Shown here: one piece after another, positions 14,513 to 20,000 of the stretch | Layout of the letters: the number at the start of each line of letters is the position of its first letter | Position numbering within the stretch: the first letter of the stretch is position 1 | From: Lentisphaeria bacterium | Lineage (GTDB): Bacteria; Verrucomicrobiota; Lentisphaeria; JABSQK01; JAWLHB01 | DNA: 20,000 bases | NCBI GenBank assembly: GCA_041690595.1 | Contig: JAWLHB010000045.1 | Location: forward strand, 50,184-70,183 | Direction: 5' to 3' | Made by a program: the position numbers and the translations under genes | Notes under the pieces: model-generated | Database searches by the model: none | What the model was told of the DNA's origin: nothing | Seen by the model: the letters and a program-made list of their open reading frames with translations, nothing else

Positions 14513-16825
14513 ATGAGACCGAGCTTGCTCGCCTTTATCACGCTATTTCCGGCAATCGCCATGTGGGGGGCTGACCTCACCCTCGTCAGTGAAGGCAAGA
14601 CGGAGTATCTGATCGTGACTGGAACGAATCAGCCTTACGATGGTTTCGCGACGAGTGAGTTTCAGCAGATCATAGAGAAGAGTACCGGGTGCGCTTTGGA
14701 GTCCGTGGCCACGGACTCGCCGGAAGCGGAGAGGAGCGGGAAGCGGATTTTCATCGGCCACAGCGCGCGGGTTCGCGAGCTGCTTGGCGAGGCGCGTGTG
14801 GATGGGCTGAAGAAGAATGAATCCCTTGTCGCCACGATCGGCGACGACCTTGTGATCATCGGCGGGGGAAATCACGGTACGTCGTATGGCGTCTATCTTT
14901 TTCTTGAGAAAGAAGTCGGATACCGGTGCTTCACGCCGTTTCCGAATGGGGAACGCATACCGCAGCACCGAAGTCTCGTGGTGAGTGGAATGGAGTATGG
15001 GGAACGCCCCGCCTTCGATCTGTCACGCAAGGCTTACATGCTTTACCTGTATGACAAGAGCGGGTCGCTGTATCAATACCGAAACCGGGGCGTGGTGCGA
15101 TACACGTGTGTCTCCGGGGATGTGACGTTGGATGGTATTGAGAACTCCGACTTTGCGCTCCTTGACACCGGCCATGGCTTCAACCTGTACATCACAACCG
15201 ACCGGACGAAGAATTACTACGAGTGGGACGAAAGCAAGGACTACTTCCAAACCAATCCGGAATACTTCAGCCTGAATCGGAACAACGAGCGGACGGCAAG
15301 GCTTCAGCTGTGCTTCTCCAATCCTGAGTTGCGGAAGGAGTTGACGAGACGGATCATCGAGCGCGGCAAGCGCAGGGGTGGACGAGGAGTGCTTACCCTC
15401 GGCGCCAACGACTGGCCGGGCCCCTTCTGCTTCTGCGAGGACTGCAAGCAGCTTGAGGAGAAGTATGGCTGCACAGGCGGTCCGTTGTATGATTATATCC
15501 TTGAAGCGTGTCCCGAGGTGGCGAAGGAACTGCCGGATATCAGGATCAGTACCCTGGCGTACCGGAAGGCCCAGAGCGAAGCGCCGCCAAGAGGTATCGA
15601 CAAGATGCCAGATAATTGGATCTGCGACTTCGCTCCCGTCGATGACGATCAGGGACAGACCCTCGACGGCGACCGCAATCTCGACACCTTGAAGAACCTG
15701 AAAGCGTGGAGCCGCCTTACCAACAACATCACGTACTGGTATTATATCTGCATCAACTCGGCGCCCTTCGGGCCTGTGGAAAGACTTTCGCGAGACATGA
15801 AGTTGATGTACGAGAACGGCGTGCGAGGGGTGGGCGTCTGCGGCCTGGGTTCACCTGGGATGTTTCCGATGCAGGAATACATCATGTTTCGTCTGATGGT
15901 CGATCCGTATCAGGACCCGTGGCCGCTGGTTGAGGAGTACAACCAGCATCACTACGGCGACGCCGCACCCGAAATGAGCCGGTACGTGAAGGAACTGGAA
16001 GAGATCTGGCGGGAGCCGAAGCGATATATTCCGCTTTCTTGTCCGGGCAAGGATATTCTGGATTTCACTCCCGAGCGGCTGATTCGCTGGCAGGCGATGT
16101 TCGATGCGCTCGAAAAGAAACTCTCGGAGAAGGGGGACGAACTCAGGAATCTCTCTCTGGCGCGCTGGGATATCGACATGCTGACACTCACCCATTACCC
16201 GAGAGTGATCGAGAGCTTTCCAGATTGCGGCATCACTCCGCAGCAGGTTATCGAGCGCATGCGCGCGGTGGATCTTCCCAACCGTTACCGAGGCCAGAAC
16301 CTGCGAAAACAGGCCGAGACTGCCTACCTGACCTGCTTAGCCTTGTCGAAGCCGTTACCCTCGCCCCTGGACAAGCTTCCAAGCGGGCGCGTGACGCAGC
16401 TTCCGCAATGTGGTGGCCACTTCCCGATTCCGGATCCCGACGCCGCTTGCGGCGAAGCGAAGACCCAGCCGCTGCGCGAGAATCAAATGAAAGAGCAGGG
16501 CAAGAAGATTGGATTCGACATTTATGACGTCGCGACCAAACACACCCTGCAACACGGGGAGATCGATGTCTCAATGTGCATTCCGGGAAAGTACGAGGTC
16601 TATTTCGTGGCGAAAACGACAATCCCACGCGGCGGTCTGATCGCCTTCGACTCGTGGTGGGGCATACAGGATTCCCTCGCTCCGTACTATCCAGAGGGAG
16701 ACGAGTTCCGAGAGTATGAAATATGGGCGTCGCTGAAATTTGTCGGACCTTCATTCGGGACTGAGACCGACGACAACAAAGATAGAATCTTCTGCGACCG
16801 CATGTTCATCGTCGACAAGAAATAG
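14513..16825 (+). CDS. Secreted DUF4838-like protein (putative glycoside hydrolase-like)
   Basis: Start moved to ATG 14513 (AGGAGG RBS; signal peptide MRPSLLAFITLFPAIAMWG). N-terminal GH20/GH67-type accessory domain (LVIIGGGNHGTSYGVYLFLEKEVGYRCF), then PEYFSL, QLCFSNPEL, ND...CFCEDC, ISTLAY and LMVDP, typical of DUF4838 proteins. Confidence 0.8.
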   Translation: MRPSLLAFITLFPAIAMWGADLTLVSEGKTEYLIVTGTNQPYDGFATSEFQQIIEKSTGCALESVATDSPEAERSGKRIFIGHSARVRELLGEARVDGLKKNESLVATIGDDLVIIGGGNHGTSYGVYLFLEKEVGYRCFTPFPNGERIPQHRSLVVSGMEYGERPAFDLSRKAYMLYLYDKSGSLYQYRNRGVVRYTCVSGDVTLDGIENSDFALLDTGHGFNLYITTDRTKNYYEWDESKDYFQTNPEYFSLNRNNERTARLQLCFSNPELRKELTRRIIERGKRRGGRGVLTLGANDWPGPFCFCEDCKQLEEKYGCTGGPLYDYILEACPEVAKELPDIRISTLAYRKAQSEAPPRGIDKMPDNWICDFAPVDDDQGQTLDGDRNLDTLKNLKAWSRLTNNITYWYYICINSAPFGPVERLSRDMKLMYENGVRGVGVCGLGSPGMFPMQEYIMFRLMVDPYQDPWPLVEEYNQHHYGDAAPEMSRYVKELEEIWREPKRYIPLSCPGKDILDFTPERLIRWQAMFDALEKKLSEKGDELRNLSLARWDIDMLTLTHYPRVIESFPDCGITPQQVIERMRAVDLPNRYRGQNLRKQAETAYLTCLALSKPLPSPLDKLPSGRVTQLPQCGGHFPIPDPDAACGEAKTQPLRENQMKEQGKKIGFDIYDVATKHTLQHGEIDVSMCIPGKYEVYFVAKTTIPRGGLIAFDSWWGIQDSLAPYYPEGDEFREYEIWASLKFVGPSFGTETDDNKDRIFCDRMFIVDKK

Positions 16826-17236
16826 AGGGCACCTCTGAGCACAAGGACTGGCCACTTACTACGTGGCCATCCGTTCACTTCCAGCAATTGCCTCTTGGCA
16901 ATTCTCTATCTGACATCCATGCTATTGCCGGGCATTCCACGCCAGGCGAAAGCGCCCGCGGTGCAAATTGCCAGATCGCTCTCAAGCAGATTGGTCTGGC
17001 AGCTTATGCCAATGGGGTGCTGACGTCTTCCCGAAGAATAACGGAGACTCGTAAACATATTCGGACCGAAGGTCGGCGCAGCCAAGGGCGGAAGGTGCCG
17101 TATGCGAGTTGCGGGGGCGCGGGCGTCTTCTCATCAGGGCATCTTTAAAGGGCGGCGAGATGGGCTATAGTGTGCCTTTTACGGCGGCGGAGTTGCCGGT
17201 TAACAGGATCGTGAATTGCGAACAGGGGGAGAGATC

Positions 17237-18085
17237 ATGGTACCGTTCAAAGTGGATCTGAGCGATCAGGTGGCCGTCGTCACGGGTGGGGGGGGGATTC
17301 TGTGCAGCGAGATGGCCAGAGCCCTGGCCGAATGTGGCGCGAAGGTCGTCGTCATGAGCCGTCGCCTCGAGCCCCTGGAGTCCGTCGTGAAGTCCATCAC
17401 GGATCTTGGCGGCACGGCGATGGCCGTGAGCTGCGATGTGACCGATCTGGAGAGCCTGCAGGCGGCCAATGCCTCCGTCGAGGCGGCCTATGGTCCCTGC
17501 ACCATCCTCGTCAATGGCGCCGGCGGCAATCATCCCAAGGGTACCACCAACCTCGAACGCCTTACGCCGGAAGCCCTCGCCGACAAGCAGCTGACCTCCT
17601 TCTTCGATCTCGACCCGGCGGGCATCCGCTTTGTCTTCGACCTCAATTTCATCGGCACCGTCCTGGCGACTCAGGTCTTCACGCGCAAGATGGCGGAGAA
17701 GGGACGCGGCACGGTCATCAACGTCTCGTCCATGAGCGCCCTGGCGCCACTCACCAAGGTGATGAGCTACAGCGCCGCGAAGGCGGCCCTCAACAGCTTC
17801 ACGCAGTGGCTCGCCGTCCATCTGGCGCCGGTTGGCGTCCGCGTCAATGCCGTAGCCCCCGGATTCCTCCTCACCGAGCAGAACCACGCCCTGCTCAAGA
17901 ATCCCGACGGCAGCGACACGGCCCGCGGCAAGACCATCATGAGCCAGACGCCGATGCGCCGCTACGGGAAGCCCGAAGAGCTGCTGGGCGCGGTGCTCTG
18001 GCTCGCCAGCGAGCAGGCATCCAGCTTCGTTACCGGCGCCATCATCCCGCTCGATGGTGGCTTCAGCGCCTTCAGCGGCGTCTGA
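17237..18085 (+). CDS. uxuB: SDR-family oxidoreductase, D-mannonate oxidoreductase (fructuronate reductase)-like
   Basis: TGGGGILC, LVNGAGGNHPKGTT, SFFDLD..GIRFVFDLNFIGT, SSMSA..PLTKV, YSAAK (YxxxK), NAVAPGF and DGGFSAFSGV match the SDR-type mannonate oxidoreductases. ATG 17237 follows GGGGGAG. The SDR call is secure; the exact substrate is not. Confidence 0.8.
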   Translation: MVPFKVDLSDQVAVVTGGGGILCSEMARALAECGAKVVVMSRRLEPLESVVKSITDLGGTAMAVSCDVTDLESLQAANASVEAAYGPCTILVNGAGGNHPKGTTNLERLTPEALADKQLTSFFDLDPAGIRFVFDLNFIGTVLATQVFTRKMAEKGRGTVINVSSMSALAPLTKVMSYSAAKAALNSFTQWLAVHLAPVGVRVNAVAPGFLLTEQNHALLKNPDGSDTARGKTIMSQTPMRRYGKPEELLGAVLWLASEQASSFVTGAIIPLDGGFSAFSGV

Positions 18086-18136
18086 TCCTTTCCTGCCGAT
18101 ACCTCGAACACTCAACTGGGGAAACCTAAAGTCATC

Positions 18137-19594
18137 ATGAGTCAGAAAGCCGACATCGGCCTCATTGGCCTCGCCGTCATGGGTGAAAACCTTGTCCTCA
18201 ACATGGAGAGCAAGGGCTTTACCGTCGCCGTTTACAACCGTACCATCAGCAAGGTTGACGATTTCGTTGCCGGGCGCGCCGAAGGCAAGAAGATCGTTGC
18301 GACCCGCTCCGTGGAAGAGCTTTGCGACAGCCTCAAGTCGCCGCGCCGCATCATGATCATGGTCAAGGCCGGTTCCGCGGTGGACAAGGTGATCGACTCC
18401 CTCGTGCCCCACCTGGAAGAGGGTGACATCCTCATCGACGGCGGCAACAGCCATTTCAACGATTCGATCCGCCGCACCAACGAGTTGAAGGCCAAGGGCA
18501 TCCGCTTCATCGGCACCGGCGTCTCCGGTGGCGAGGAAGGCGCTCTCACCGGTCCCTCCATCATGCCTGGCGGGCATCCCGATGCGTGGCCGCATGTGAA
18601 GGAGATCTTCCAGGCCATCGCCGCCAAGGTGGCCGATGGCTCGCCCTGCTGCGAATGGATCGGCAACGACGGCGCGGGACACTTCGTCAAGATGACCCAC
18701 AACGGCATCGAATACGGGGACATGCAGCTCATCTGCGAAGCGTATCAGCTCATGGCTACCGGTCTGGGCATGGGCGCCAAGGAGATGAACAAGGTCTTCA
18801 CCGAATGGAATAACGGCCCCCTCGACAGCTACCTCATCGAGATCACCCGCGATATTCTCGCCAAGGACGACGAAGAGACCGGCCAGCCAATCGTGGACAT
18901 CATTCTCGATACCGCCGGCCAGAAAGGCACCGGCAAGTGGACCTCCGTCTCGGGTCTGGATCTTGGTGTGCCAATCCCCCAGATAGCGGAGGCCGTCTTT
19001 GCCCGCTGCATCTCCGCCCTGAAGGAACAGCGCGTTGCGGCGAGCGAAGTTCTCTCTGGACCGAAGCTTGCCTACAAGGGCGACAAGAGCGCCTTCGTCG
19101 CCAAGCTGCACGATGCTCTCTATGCGTCCAAGATCTGCTCCTACGCCCAGGGTTTCCAGTTGATGGCCGCCGCCGGCAGCGAGTACAACTGGGAGCTGAA
19201 CTTCGGCGACATCGCCCTGATGTGGCGCGGCGGATGCATCATCCGGGCCAAGTTCCTGGAGAACATCAAGCAGGCCTTCGAGCGCAATCCGGAACTGACG
19301 AACCTGCTGCTCGATCCCTTCTTCAACGAGATCGTCTCGAAGGTTCAGGACAACTGGCGCGAGGTCATCAAGACCGCGATCGACCTGGGGGTTCCCGTAC
19401 CTTCCATGAGCGCGGCGCTCAACTACTACGACAGCTACCGCACCGCCAGGCTGCCCGCCAATCTGCTTCAGGCACAGCGCGACTATTTCGGCGCTCATAC
19501 CTACGAGCGGATCGACAAGCCCCGCGGTCAGTACTTCCACACCAACTGGACTGGCAAGGGCGGCACCACCACCGCCAGTACCTACACCGCCTGA
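18137..19594 (+). CDS. gnd: 6-phosphogluconate dehydrogenase, NADP-dependent, decarboxylating
   Basis: [80 protein letters not shown]; full length, 485 aa. Confidence 0.99.
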   Translation: MSQKADIGLIGLAVMGENLVLNMESKGFTVAVYNRTISKVDDFVAGRAEGKKIVATRSVEELCDSLKSPRRIMIMVKAGSAVDKVIDSLVPHLEEGDILIDGGNSHFNDSIRRTNELKAKGIRFIGTGVSGGEEGALTGPSIMPGGHPDAWPHVKEIFQAIAAKVADGSPCCEWIGNDGAGHFVKMTHNGIEYGDMQLICEAYQLMATGLGMGAKEMNKVFTEWNNGPLDSYLIEITRDILAKDDEETGQPIVDIILDTAGQKGTGKWTSVSGLDLGVPIPQIAEAVFARCISALKEQRVAASEVLSGPKLAYKGDKSAFVAKLHDALYASKICSYAQGFQLMAAAGSEYNWELNFGDIALMWRGGCIIRAKFLENIKQAFERNPELTNLLLDPFFNEIVSKVQDNWREVIKTAIDLGVPVPSMSAALNYYDSYRTARLPANLLQAQRDYFGAHTYERIDKPRGQYFHTNWTGKGGTTTASTYTA

Positions 19595-19604
19595 TCCGGT
19601 CTCA

Positions 19605-19636
19605 GGCGCTCCGGCTGGGGAACCGGCCGGAGCGCC
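19605..19636. repeat. GC-rich hairpin after gnd (REP-like or RNA-stabilising/terminating stem)
   Basis: GGCGCTCCGGCTGG-ggaa-CCGGCCGGAGCGCC forms a 14-bp stem with one G-U pair. No U-tract follows, so it is not a canonical intrinsic terminator. Confidence 0.6.
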
Positions 19637-19697
19637 AGATCCGACGCAACGGGCTGGCGTGTCCCCGCGTCTCCGGAACGTCCGTTCCCCGACGGAT

Positions 19698-19933
19698 ACA
19701 GGTGGTGCACGTGAGGTGACCGATGACAATCGGGCGAGAGAGATGCGGTGGACACAACCCCGTCAGGGTTGATGGATGCGGGGGCAGTATACCCAGGGTA
19801 GTCCCAGCGGGACAACCCTGGGCTAAGGGACGATGCCCCGTCAGGGCATTGGGAAGTACCTGTCCCCAGACAGGTGGTGCACGTGAGGTGACCGATGACA
19901 ATCGGGCGAGAGAGATGCGGTGGACGCAACCCC
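19698..19933. repeat. 64-bp direct repeat pair flanking a REP-like multi-hairpin element
   Basis: 19698-19761 and 19870-19933 differ at one position (period 172 bp). Hairpins: CAACCC-cgtca-GGGTTG (19755-19771), CCCAGGGTaGTCCC-agc-GGGACaACCCTGGG (19792-19822), ATGCCC-cgtca-GGGCAT (19833-19849), ACCTGTC-ccca-GACAGGT (19858-19875). Confidence 0.85.
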
Positions 19934-20000
19934 TTATGGTATTTGATTATTTATTTGGACGGATAGCCTCAAGTTCATCGCGAATGCCCGCGGCGGTCTG

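Noticed and set aside
16888..17148. 86-aa ORF in the spacer before the SDR
   Set aside because: TTG start, no RBS or motif, and it overlaps inverted repeats; not supportable as a gene.
17165..19729. 854-aa minus-strand ORF
   Set aside because: Antisense shadow of the SDR and gnd genes, expected with strongly biased high-GC codon usage; no protein motifs.
19698..19933. Possible CRISPR array
   Set aside because: Only two copies, a 64-bp repeat with a 108-bp structured spacer, and no cas genes in the window.

Overview
GC-rich bacterial DNA, probably from a PVC-superphylum organism (Lentisphaerae/Kiritimatiellota-like); this is inferred from the pilin-like FTLIE...H-Xn-DG gene, the DUF4838-like gene and the REP-type hairpins. 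Most of the window is two divergent glycan-utilisation modules with no SusC/D. Leftward (minus strand): GntR/LacI-hybrid regulator, a 37-codon truncated pilin relic missing from the ORF track, a ~1158-aa secreted protein with a degenerate PHP domain, a GH3 glycosidase, a 1092-aa heparinase II/III-like lyase candidate, a secreted tandem-CBM-like protein, and a Cys-type sulfatase that runs off the window and is also missing from the ORF track. Rightward: LacI regulator with its own promoter and operator, an intact pilin-like protein, and a DUF4838-like secreted protein. Between the modules are a DUF1810-like gene and a 59-bp relic of a diverged copy of the lyase 5' end. The window ends with an SDR (D-mannonate oxidoreductase-like), gnd, and a composite hairpin/direct-repeat element. 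The main observation is the repeated layout 'sugar repressor -> pilin-like gene -> large secreted protein', with deletion scars suggesting turnover of these cassettes. All family assignments come from motifs read by eye; no database searches were run.
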